Assembly: GCA_900088475.1 (NCBI GenBank)
Contig: FLMG01002747.1
Location: forward strand, 1-64,000
DNA from: Hyphochytrium catenoides
Taxonomy: Eukaryota; Protista; Hyphochytriomycota
Length of the DNA stretch: 64,000 nucleotides
Reading direction: 5' to 3'
The notes beneath the pieces were generated by a model, which saw only the letters and a list, made by a program, of their open reading frames with translations, was not told the origin of the DNA and did not search any database. Numbering within the stretch: the first letter of the stretch is position 1; each line of letters begins with the position of its first letter. Below, piece after piece: positions 25,281 to 36,344 of the stretch. Position numbers and translations under genes: made by a program.

Positions 25281-26650
25281 CTACTGGCACTTGCCATTGT
25301 TGAAGGTGGTACCGGGGCCACATCCCACGGAGGCATCAATGAAAGAGCGCAGAGCGGAGACGCGAGTATAGACTCCTGGCTGTTCTCTCGCACACCCGAT
25401 GCCAAAAGAAGTCAAGCCCACAATGACAGGAATAGAGCTATCTACGAATAGTGGTCCACCTACGTTAAGACGTGGTCAGACAATGTCACTTTCAAGCTTC
25501 TTTGCCCGATCTTACTCTTACCTGAGTCGCCCTGGCATGTGTCAATACCGCGCCTGTTGGCGCAGATCATCATCGGAAGAATCTCATCCTCGAACCTCGT
25601 GCCTTCATAGAGCTCAAGGCACTTCTTTTGAGGTACCAGATCGACCTCCGCTTGCTGCAGCTTTGGTGTGATAGCAACGGGGAGGGCGTCGCGTCTTCTG
25701 GTTGATCCCCATCTATAAGTAGATAAGATGGCGAAAGGAAGGAAAGAGAAAAGCGAGGATAAGCTCGTATCGGTGGGAGATCTCGGCATCAAGAGAGACT
25801 ACTGGCGGTGTGACCACAAGGATAAGGAATGAGAAACATGGTCAGCTATAAAAAGCAGACTTGTGAACGAAAACAGAGGAAGACAGATCAGACCGGAAGA
25901 AAGAGAATTGAAAGGCAGTTCCTCACCCTACGATCTTGAAGATCCGTGGCTGGGCCTCGCTAGAGGAGTTTCCATCATCGAGAAGAGGATACCAAGGAAG
26001 ATCCAGGCCGCCTTTTACCTTGACAATCGCGATGTCATTCTGGAAGTTATAGTTATTGAACTTAGGATGCACTATGATTTGCTCTGCTGACATCTTCACT
26101 CCTTTTTCAGTTGGCTCTTCCCAGTTATGTCGTCGAGCTTCAAATCTGAGCGTGTCCGGAGAGCGCCTATTGACGCAGTCTACAAAGCCACGCAAGATGA
26201 GTACCAGCCAGAAGGCTTCTAGCAGGGTTCGAGACGGAAGGCCAGCCTAGCTTGCCATAGAACTTTCAAAGCGTAAAGGAACAAGGTTAGCAGCAAGGAC
26301 TCCAAACCCTGAGGAGCGCGAAGTAACAAGAAACAAAGGAAAGGGACAAAGGCCTTGATCCACGGCCAATGTCAAAGGAAAGGGACAAAGGCCTTGATCC
26401 ACTTACGTGCAGCGATAAGGATAGTATCTTTGCCAATGTATGAGCCTCCACACCAAACCAAATCAGTCGTCCCATTGTTACGCAGCATTGCCACCATCCA
26501 ATCGGTGTACTTGAATGGAGGAGCCTCTTCTCCGCCCACCACGGCCGGATCCACATCAGAGTCAAAGGCCAGCCCTGCTGCCCATTGAGGGAGCAGAACC
26601 CCGATGAGGAGCAGGAGATGGACAGCGAGCTGGCAATTCTTATAGATCAT
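25281..26650 (-). CDS. Secreted trypsin-like serine protease (S1A), copy T3; exons 26650-26407, 26179-25927, 25712-25522, 25459-25281
   Basis: Signal peptide, VVGG, CGGSYI..LIAAH|C, NDIAIV, G|WG, DTCQGDSG|[38 protein letters not shown]. The stop lies just before the N-gap. Confidence 0.95.
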
Positions 26651-27527
26651 GTCTCACAAGGCCGCTTATCTGACGTTGAGTAACTGAGGACTTTCGTCGC
26701 TGAGAAGGCTCACAAACCGCGAGTAGTGCAGGATTGGCAGAGTAATGACTAATGGGACAAGCAAGTCAGCATGTAAGAGTCTCAACAGCCCTTGCGAGGT
26801 CGCTCAACATATTCTGTGGAGAAAGTCATAGAAGATCTGTCGATCCTAGCAAGAAGCCCTGCTTTTGTCTCGCACTATTGCCTTGCGTAGGATTGCGGGA
26901 CGCTGACAACCAAAGCTTGTAGGAAGACATCGTTGAGGGTAACATAAGAAAGAACTCGTCCCTTTGTCATTTGAACAATTTTCATAGCTCATCATTCTAC
27001 ATCTTCAACGATATGTTCGGTGACTGGGAGTGGTGGCTGACCGATGAGTGGTCACTGCCATTTGGTCCACGAAGAGAGCGAGCTGCGCTGTCCTTGAGAA
27101 TTTGAGGCATGGATGCAACCTCTAGACCATCAGTGAATAAGCATGACTGAAGGTGTCCTGCCTTCAGTCTCCGCTTCGTTTATTCTCTCTTATTACAGAG
27201 ATCCCTGATGTTCATCACTGAGGTTTGCCTGTAGCTCTACTGTTTAACCGTGTATGGAAGGGTTGGCCTGATCAGAGGGAAGAGTAGAGCATACTCTCTC
27301 TCCGAGACAGAAGCACGGGCATTACCTTATTATTAGTTATTCATTAGAAGGATGGGGCGTAGGACGATGGGGACTGAAGAACATAAGGACAGGAGATCCG
27401 GAGCCCCTGCCAGGCAAGCAGTACCAGGCTTCGACATCCGTTAATCTTATCATCTGCTGCTGCCTACGATTTAGGGTTATGTTGTTCTTATTCTGTTATA
27501 AGAAGGTGCTCTTAGACCATCAGGGAC

Positions 27528-27836
27528 ATGGCTCCTCACGCTGCTACTCCCACCGCGATCTTGACTTTATGCCGTCCCTGGCAGAGTTACTTTAGCCCTG
27601 GAGACAGCACAGTCACCACGTTGTACGAGGAGGGCGCTGAGGTCTATATCTCAGGTTTTAGCTGTCACAACGAGAAAGATGATGACTAGAAGTAGCAGAA
27701 CCTCTGAACGGTATAAGATTAGAACTACTGTTTCCTTGTTCACCAACAAGGATGCCTGGAACTGAAGACATAGAACTACAGGGATACGTTCATCCAGCTA
27801 TGGAGCTTCTGGAGCGGTGAGACAAGTGCCTCGTAG
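27528..27836 (+). pseudogene. Decayed ORF, possibly a ricin-B (QxW) lectin fragment
   Basis: One frame reads EEGAEVYISGFSCHNEKDDD*K*Q...QQGCLELKT*NYRDTFIQLWSFWSG. Reading TAG as CAG/TGG restores Q-K-W; CLEL...IQLW resembles beta-trefoil repeats. Confidence 0.25.
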
Positions 27837-28251
27837 TCGTACTATTCATAGCTCTATTTTTAAGGCCCAAGGATTGGGGTGACTGTCATCATCGGTGATG
27901 GTCTTGATGAGAGAAGTAAGTGGGAAGGAGCCACAATCTCTTCCCAGCATTACCTGGACCTCCATAAATGCCCGTTCGTTTCATGCGCCAAGTTAGCTGT
28001 TGGCCAGTCTATCACTTCTTGCCAAGCTAGTGAGTCGAAGTCGCGTTGAAAGCAGCCACCCGTACGGCTACTCAGCACGAGGAGCAGGAGGAAAAGAGAA
28101 TTTTGCATCTTTCCTGCCATCGCCACAAGCTTTCCTCTCTATTAAGGCACCAGCAGACCTTGACAGACGTGAGATATCTTAAAGGTGCGAAGAGAGCAAT
28201 ATACCTAGCATGCCAAGGGCTGCTAGAGATCAGCGGTCTCCTCTTCCAGCG

Positions 28252-29439
28252 ATGAAGGCGACGATGGTGTGCCTTCTCGCTCTATTCTTGGGACTCCACA
28301 CCTACGCCTATGATGAGACGGCGGATCCGTCCGTGGTGAACGGACAAGAAGCGCCTCCTTTTAAATACACGGACTGGATGCTTGGCCTCATCAAGCTAAG
28401 AGCCAACAGCTCCAACTACAGGGCAAGCTGTGGAGCATCCTACATAGGAGACAACACGGTCCTCACAGCTGCACGTAAGACAAAGATGTCATTGCTAGTA
28501 TCTGTCTTTCAGCGAAACGGAATGGTGGTCCGCATTGCATTCTATCGCGTTCCCTACTTCGCTTACAAGCCCTGCTCTACGACCTCTTTTCCTTAGAGTT
28601 TCAGCCTCAGTCTCTCTCTTCGCCTTCATCCATGTTGCTCATCCACCTTTTTCCTTTTAGACTGCGTGGAGACTGTACGGAACATCAGCAGGCTGAAGTT
28701 TGAAGCGAGGCGACACAACTGGAACGATACAACGGAAAAAGGCGTTCTCTTACACGCCGAGCAGATTGTCATTCATCCCCAGTACAATAGCTCAACTCTG
28801 GAATATGACGCTGCTATTGTCAAGGTGAATGGAGAGCTACAGCTCACGTCTTATCTGGAGCTGGACAACGGCTCCTACTCTGATGAGAGCCAGCCAAGAG
28901 TCTTCACAGTCTTGGGGTGAGTTGTTCCCCTTCATAATGGATTGCATGCATTTGAGCTCTTGCTCTCTGTTCGTTGCTTCCTAGCTTTTATGGCCTATGC
29001 AGTCCTCACTGTCTTTTTCAATGTCTGCCCGCCTTGGACCGCCTTTTGACCTGCACTTTGGAAACCTAGATGGGGATCCACGCTGAAAGTAGTCCAAGGC
29101 CAAAACGAAGTGCTGCTCAGCCCAACTTTGCAGCAAGCAGATGTAGAGCTTGTGTCACAGACCAGTTGCCAGGAAAGTTATGCCACAACTGCATGGGATA
29201 TCCTTCCTTCCATGCTATGCGCTAAGAGGCCAGAGATCGACTCTTGTGACGGGGACTCAGGAGGTCCTCTCTTCCTGAATGGCAATCCACGTGTTCTGGT
29301 CGGGCTTGTTTCTTTTGGCAAGGGCTGTGCTCAGCCAGAGCCTGGGGTGTACACTCGGGTCTCCGCCATCAGGTCTTTCATTGATGGGACGATGGGCTGT
29401 CCATCGGGAACGTCCTTCACTCAAGGGAGATGCCAGTGA
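28252..29439 (+). CDS. Secreted trypsin-like serine protease (S1A), copy T4; exons 28252-28474, 28661-28916, 29070-29439
   Basis: Signal peptide, VVNG, CGASYI..LTAAH|C, YDAAIV, G|WG, uninterrupted [25 protein letters not shown]. Only two introns. Confidence 0.95.
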
Positions 29440-29907
29440 CTTGATAACAAAGGGCCTCTGAGACTTCTCTCCTTGAGTGCCAAGTTTGGGTTGGGTCTCT
29501 AGGACTAATATACAGAAGCCACGCTCGTGCTCTGCACTCTTCGGAGCGAGACAACCTAACCCAGTCCTGTCTACTTTGGCTGGCAGGCATATAGTAGGCG
29601 AGGTTAAGGATTGAGAGAAGCAGCGCGAGAAAGGAGAGCGCTTATGGGGCTTGGATGTATTATAGCTGCTCTCTTCTGACTTAGTTTCCAATCGTCCTCA
29701 TATGGCAGTCGTGATAGCCAAGTAGGGTTTTTGCAGTTTCGCAGTAGTAGGGTTCGCGGATCAGTAATGGACAGGAACCTAGCGCAAACAAGACGTCAGC
29801 TGTCTTGCCTGCTGGGGTGGTGTCATTCCTGTCATTGCAGTCCCATCAAGTCATGACTCTGGCAGGTTCAGGTTAATCTATCTCTTAATGCATTAGTCAC
29901 GCCCAAT

Positions 29908-30660
29908 TGTTGAACGTTGACCCGATGAGGTGGGCTGGAGGCCTACCGTAGACTAGCTACTACTGCCTGTCTGGTCTCACTGTGCAACATAGAACAGTTT
30001 CCAACCAACTCTGCCATCTCATCAGGTTATCAGAGGCCCACTCTTCTTATACCAGACATCTGCCATCATGGACTCCTCCACGTCTTCCCTCTCCACTTCC
30101 ATTGAGAAGCTGACAGGAGCCCTGCAAACGGGACTTTGGTTTCGGCGCTTCATTAGCTTGAAGTGATGTGATATCCGTCTTGAGGTTACCGCATCCAAGA
30201 TCAGTATCTCCTTAATGACCAGGGAATCATGCGTGGTCTCTGATGATACCGTGATCAATCCTCCTTCAAGTTTGTCCACCACCAGTCGGGCTTTGGTTCA
30301 CTCTCCTCCTGCTGTCTGTCTGGTCTCACAGCCATCACGCCGGCTGCAGGACAGATTCTGATTGTCTTTAGCTCCATCATTGCTCCCATGACCTTGTGGC
30401 CTTCTTTTCTGAAGCTTAGACTGATCAAAGGAAAGGTATCTACGTAGGGAGTGGAGAACTCTTTTCGCTAGTACGAGGTGCTCCAGTTCGTCCTGTCCCT
30501 ACCTGCACAGCTAAAGAAAGATAGAAGTAAGATCAGCCCAGGTGAGACCATAGCGAGGACTGCGCTAGTCGAGGACTTTATTCTTGACTTTGCTGCCTCA
30601 ACATGTAGGCTACGGAGGCACACCGACGGTGCATGTAGACGTGGAAGGACCATGAAGTGA
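29908..30660 (+). mobile_element. Degenerate Ty1/copia-like LTR retrotransposon fragment (putative LTR, PBS, gag relic)
   Basis: TGTTGA at 29908 to TCATCA at 30024, followed immediately by ggttatcagaggccc (tRNA-iMet PBS-like). ATG 30068 reads MDSSTSSLSTSIEKLTG (copia gag-like start). 30594-30636 gives a CX2CX4HX4C knuckle (CSTCRLRRHTDGAC) if one extra C is removed. No pol or 3' LTR seen. Confidence 0.5.
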
Positions 30661-31401
30661 GGTGAAAAAAAGAAGACAACAAGGCACCATCCGGGCACAG
30701 TCGATAGACAGTAGAGGACGAAGCGACTGTGAAGAGTGAAGAGTCACAATCGTGCGGCCGGGCTGAGTTAAGCAGTGCGGTGGTCAAGCAGACCGCCTTA
30801 TACTACGCAGCCTGAGCAGCACAGACCAAGAAGTTTAAACATCGTGACTTCGGCGAGACTTCCTCTCCATCTTATTTCCACCTCTCCACCTTTCTATCCC
30901 ATAGATCCATAGATCCTCCCGCCTCCATCGCATGCTGCAAGCACTCCCATCTCAACAATTGTCCGACCCAGGTCCGCTTGGCCCTCAATTCCTTGACATC
31001 GAACACGCCGTTACCTCTCCAGTCTTCAGTCTGCTAACGCGCGGGATGCCGCCCAAAATTGACGAGGAATGGTTGACAGCTGAAGCCTGACTACTGGGCG
31101 CCCGCCCATACAGCCGATGACCAGCGCTGCTATGGCTGATGATGTGGTTGAAGGGAAGGATAACGAGAGAGTGAAGAGGCGGACAAATTTCCTTGTTTTC
31201 TCTCTCGTCATTTTTGCTGGGAAAACGTAGCCGTTAGCGGCATTCAAAAGTTGCCAGGCAGTAGTAATGCCAAAAGACATGGTCTGACTCATAGAGATGC
31301 GGATTATTATTGGTCTTCTGGTGATTCTGATGGGGGAGGAAGAGATCTTTCTTCTGATTGAAGCTTCAGTCTGTCTTGGCTCTTCTTCCCTGTATCGATC
31401 T

Positions 31402-31408
<7 letters not shown>

Positions 31409-31469
<61 letters not shown>

Positions 31470-31482
31470 GCTCTCGCTCTCT
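31409..31482. repeat. (CT)n microsatellite upstream of PGM2
   Basis: Long CT run. Confidence 0.95.
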
Positions 31483-31713
31483 TCTTCCCTCTCATGTTTT
31501 CTGTCCTCTTTTCTTCCGCATCCTCTCGCTGCTATGGCTGGCTCTTGCCAACTCGCAACCTTCCCTATCAGAGCCTGCAGTTCTTTGTTTACCCACTAAA
31601 TAGCCGCAGCGCACCGCGCATTTCAAGGAGGACAGCCAACAGCCTAAGAGCTCGAAGTCTGAGAGACAGTTCGGAAAAGGTAGAGGAAGAGAGGTCAGAA
31701 GACACCGAGATCA

Positions 31714-34700
31714 ATGGCAGCCTCTCCCTCGCTCTTCAGCTTCGCTGAGCAATGGACCTGCTGGGATCCCAATCCCACGACGCGGCGCGTAGTTGAGCAG
31801 GCCCTCCAGACCAAGGACGAGAAGACGTTGAACAACCTCCTCTCCTCGCGTCTAGAGTTCGGCACAGCAGGACTGAGAGGCCCCATGGGCGCCGGGTCTA
31901 ACAGAATGAACGACCTTGTAGTCATTCAGACCACTCAGGTGAGGAGAGGCGGACAGTAGTTAGGCCGTCCTTGCGCATGAGATAGTGAACGAACGCCTGA
32001 AGGCAGGTGTAGAGTCAGGTAACCTTGGTGAGAGAGAGGAATATTTTGGAAGGAAGGTGTCAGTCGTCATTGTCCGTCTTGGGCTCTTTCTTGACCCCAC
32101 TCTTACCTCCGAACTTGATCATTTATCCATCGCTCTTGCCAGGGCATCATCAAATATCTGGATGCTACCTTTGGGCCTGAACGAGCAAGATCAATGGGCT
32201 TTGCTGTGGGATACGATCATCGAGCTCAGGTTGGGCTAACGCTCTGGTGTCTCTCTCGCCGTCTTCTCCCACTCTCAACTGTGTGCGACGCTTCTTCCCA
32301 ACCTCCTCGCTCTTCGCTCGCGTCTAGTCACTTCAAAGGAGTTTCCTCGAGATGGCCTAAGAACTGCTGCGAAATGCTTGTGTCTCTTGACCGCTATGGC
32401 CCGCGACCTTGGAATAGAGTGTCTCTGATGACCACAATTCTCTCTCTCTCTCTCTCTGTTTAGTCTGGCTGCAGCTCCAAGCAGTTTGGTCAGTATATCG
32501 CAGCTGTACTGCTTTCTCAGGGTTTCAAGGTTTATCTCTATGAAGGATATGTGGCAACACCGTTGGTGGTAAGGCTGACTGACTACCCCATCGCTCTCTC
32601 TGCACTGTCTCTTCCTCTTTCCGCGCCTTGCGTTCATCATTGCCAGACTTCTCCCTAGGTCCCCCAGTCGTCGTTGCACTCTTCACGCTCTGGCCACCTC
32701 ATATACTAAGATATTCCCTCCTTATATCGCCTTGCACCACCTATTCATTATAGCCATGGTGCATTGAACAGAAAGGTTGCTGTGCAGGGGTGATGGTGAC
32801 AGCCTCCCATAATCCTAAGCAAGATAACGGATACAAGCTCTATTGGAACAACGGGGCACAGATTATCCCGCCACACGATGAAAAGATTGCCAAGCTAATC
32901 CTAGAGAACCTTGAGCCTTGGCAAACCTATGACATCTCCTCCCTCAAGAAGGGACAGACCAGTGGCAAAGGAGAACTCCATATGAAAGAGATGAGTGCTT
33001 TGATCGAGAGCTACTTTGACGCGCTAAGAAGTCGACTATGCAGATACTATGAGGATAACAAGGTGGGCGTCTTTTTGTGTGGAAGAAAACCTACTTATCG
33101 AGCGAGCTGACGCTTGGAGGTCAGAAGCACCCCGTCCCTCGGACTCCATTATCTCTTCTCTCCCTTCCTCTTGCAAACTATAATGCGTCGAGTCCGTCGG
33201 GTGACGAAACCTTCTTTTGCTGTTCCCCCTTCTCGCCTCGTAGAAGAGCGCCTTGAAGATCACGTACACTGCCATGCATGGAGTCGGGCACGCCTTTAGC
33301 TCACGCTCCTTTGAGAGCTTTGGCCTGCGTCCGTACATAAATACAGAGGAGCAAATCAAGCCCGACCCTGAGTTCCCAACTGTTAGCTTTCCGAACCCGG
33401 AAGAGGTTTGTGCTGCGCTGCTTCCCTCTGTTTTCGTCTACCTTTATTGCCATTAGTGCAGATGTCAACGCCTCTGCTTGATTCCTGCTCTCTCGTCTCC
33501 AACTTTCTTATCTCCCTCCTCTCCTATGGCAGGGTAAAGGCGCACTTGCATTAGCCATAAAGACGGCAGAAAGAGAAGGAAGTCCATTTATACTCGCAAA
33601 CGATCCAGATGCCGATCGCTTGGCTGCAGCGGAGAAGCTGGATGACGGGACGTGGAAGATTTTCTCTGGAAATGAGTTAGGAGCTATATTGGGGCACTGG
33701 CAGTGGAAGGAATGGCAGAAGGTTGTTGACAAACTCCTGTTCTCTCTGCATCCGAGATCCCCTTGGCACCCTGTTTTTGTTGTCCTTGGTTTGCTCTAGT
33801 CCTATAACTCTCGGTACCGCGTTCTGCTATCCTCCATTCTCAGTTAACCATTGGTACCAATATCCTGGCACCATCTTGCATCGCATCTCACTTGGTCGTC
33901 GCCCCTGCTGTGTGCTCGCCCGGAGATAGGCGCACCCTGGCCTGTCGGGGAAGGATGTGTACGTTATCTGCAGCACCGTCTCTTCCAAGATGCTGCAGGC
34001 CATCGCCAAGAAAGAAGGATTCAACTTCGTTGAGACGCTTACTGGGTATGAAGCATGCTCCATGTCGACATCAGTCCATGGCCCTCTGAAGCTATCTCTT
34101 TGGTCTCCATTCTTGCGTATCTGGCATATACTTCTCGCCTGATGTTCTCCCAGGATTAACTTGATGGTGGCTTCTTAACTTTCTGCAGATTCAAATGGAT
34201 GGGAAATGAGACAGACGGGTTGCGGAAGGCAGGGAAAACAGTGATCTTCTCGTTTGAAGAAGCAATAGGCTTCTGCATTGGCGATATCGTCAAGGATAAG
34301 GTTCGAAGGCTGGTCCTACTCCAGTTGCCCCAATCTCTTCCTTATTCTGTCTTTGTAGTGCTAAGTCGTACTGCAGATTTTCTTCGTCTTTTCTCAGAGT
34401 CATCAAGTCTGAGTGCACCTAATGGCTGTTCTCTTTCCATTTACTCTCACGCAGGACGGAGTATGCGCCGCTGCGGTTCTGGCGGAAATGGCCAATCAGG
34501 TGAGTAGGGCACGCTCAGTGCTAGAACAGAAAGCTCATCAAGGTCACTTGTGCCTTGATGGAGAGACCTAGCATCCTCCCCTGAGCTTGAGTGTCTCTAA
34601 CACGTGATGCCTCTATCATGTCACTGGCATTCGTATCAGGTAAACTCACTCATGCCTTTCACTGATGTCTGTTTATGCATTTTTCTGCAGATCTACAAGG

Positions 34701-35737
34701 CAGGGTCAACGCTGAATGCGTATCTTCAAAATCTTTACAAAGACTATGGATACTTCGTGACGTTGAATAGCTACGTCAAGTGCTACCAGCCTCCAGTGGT
34801 GGACGCAATATTCAAGAGGCTTAGAAATGACGGTAAGCCCCAGCACTAGCACTGCTCTTTTCTCTCTTCTCTCGCAGGAGCGCAGCCTTTGATATCGATT
34901 GAGTAGGGAGATGGACGTGTCTCGCTCCCTTTCTAAAAGCTCTATACCCAGAACCTCCGTGTTACTGTCTAAGAGCGCCTCTTTTTGGCTGATAGGGCAC
35001 TACTGGCACGTCTGTGGCAGTCATAGCATCCGTTCGATAAGGGATCTTACTGTGGGATTCGATAGCTCGAAGAAAGATCTAAAGCCAGGTAAGGGGGAGA
35101 AGGAGGTGATAGACTGTTAGACGGCCCCTCAGCAGCAGGCGATAAGGTGCAGATGAGCAGCGATTGCGAAGAGCGCGAGAAGTGTTTAGATAATAGGGGA
35201 CATGACAGTTGACGGGGAAGAGAAGAGAACGATGCGGTGGTGGTGGATGATGTCTTTCTTACGCCATGGTCCTTATGTTCCCTACATCTGTGTCGTCTCT
35301 CTCTATCCAGTCCTCCCAGTATCCTCCTCTTCTCACATGATCACCTACGAGTTTGCAAATGGCGCTATGATAACCCTAAGGACCAGCGGCACAGAGCCCA
35401 AGCTCAAGTACTATTGCGAACTGGCAGGGAAGGTGAGTGCTGCCACTTAACGAGAGACCCTACGTGCATGAAAGCAGGAACGTAGCCCCCGGGTTTGAAG
35501 GATAGAGGAAAAGAGTGGACGAGGGCGAACGTGCTTAGTGCGAGATCGACCGCAGTGGACCAGGGATGCACGGAGGAGGATGCAAGACAGAGCGGGATTC
35601 TAGATAAGGCAGCTCATGAACTTTGTATGCAGGAACTGGAGGAGACGACGAGGGAGCTCGCGACGCTGGTCCATTCGGTAGTTGAAGAGATGCTCCAGCC
35701 TGACATTAACGGCTTGGAGAGAAGAAAGGATGAGTAG
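31714..35737 (+). CDS. PGM2: Phosphoglucomutase-2 / phosphopentomutase (alpha-D-phosphohexomutase), about 13 exons
   Basis: [29 protein letters not shown] (phosphoserine loop), [31 protein letters not shown] (metal binding), TLTG|[24 protein letters not shown]. Confidence 0.95.
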
Positions 35738-36344
35738 GAAGGCTAGCTTATATGGCACAAGAAGCCCTGCTAAGTAATGGAAATAGTCGGAATCGTCCGT
35801 CTCCTCTTTGTTCCTCTTCCCTGCGCTCAACAAGCCAACCAAAAAAGGCAGCGACTGGCAGAGACTCGGCGTGGACCCTTTGCCTCTTCCTGAACGATGT
35901 CCGCATGCTAGCTGCTCCTTGCCTTGCACGAGGAGGCCAAAGAAGACAGCAGGGGCGAGCGAGGACATTAGGAAGCTTCTTGGCAGCAGGCACACAGAGC
36001 AGTTATAGGCAGTGTTCGTCGGCTGGCAGCGGTTAGCGGCTAGTGGGCGAAGGATCTGCCCTTTCAGGAGCAGAACTTTCTGATTGTTGCTGCTGCTTGT
36101 GACACGGTGGAACGAGAAGGAAGGCTTTCGGAAGAGAGAGAGAGGGAAAGAACCTCTGCACATTGACAGAGAGCAGAAGGAGAAGAGATTTGACGCAGGG
36201 GACGGAGGCGGAGAGAGAGAGAGAAGGGAGCTAAACGAACGTAAGAGGACTGTGCCGAGGCTGTGCAAGGCTGCAGCGCAGAGCTTGGTCCCTTACCATA
36301 AAAGGAGAGAAGAGGGTCACACGCTCCAGTTAGAAGACGGCACC

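Noticed and set aside
14520-27860. Alternative genetic code (TAA/TAG read as Gln) to explain the interrupted frames
   Set aside because: Conserved genes in the window end normally at TAA and TAG and have no internal stops.
17803-29439. Apparent TAAR/IAAR in place of TAAH, suggesting inactive GIP-like protease homologs
   Set aside because: A phase-1 intron splits the His codon (C|AC); splicing restores AAHC in all four genes.
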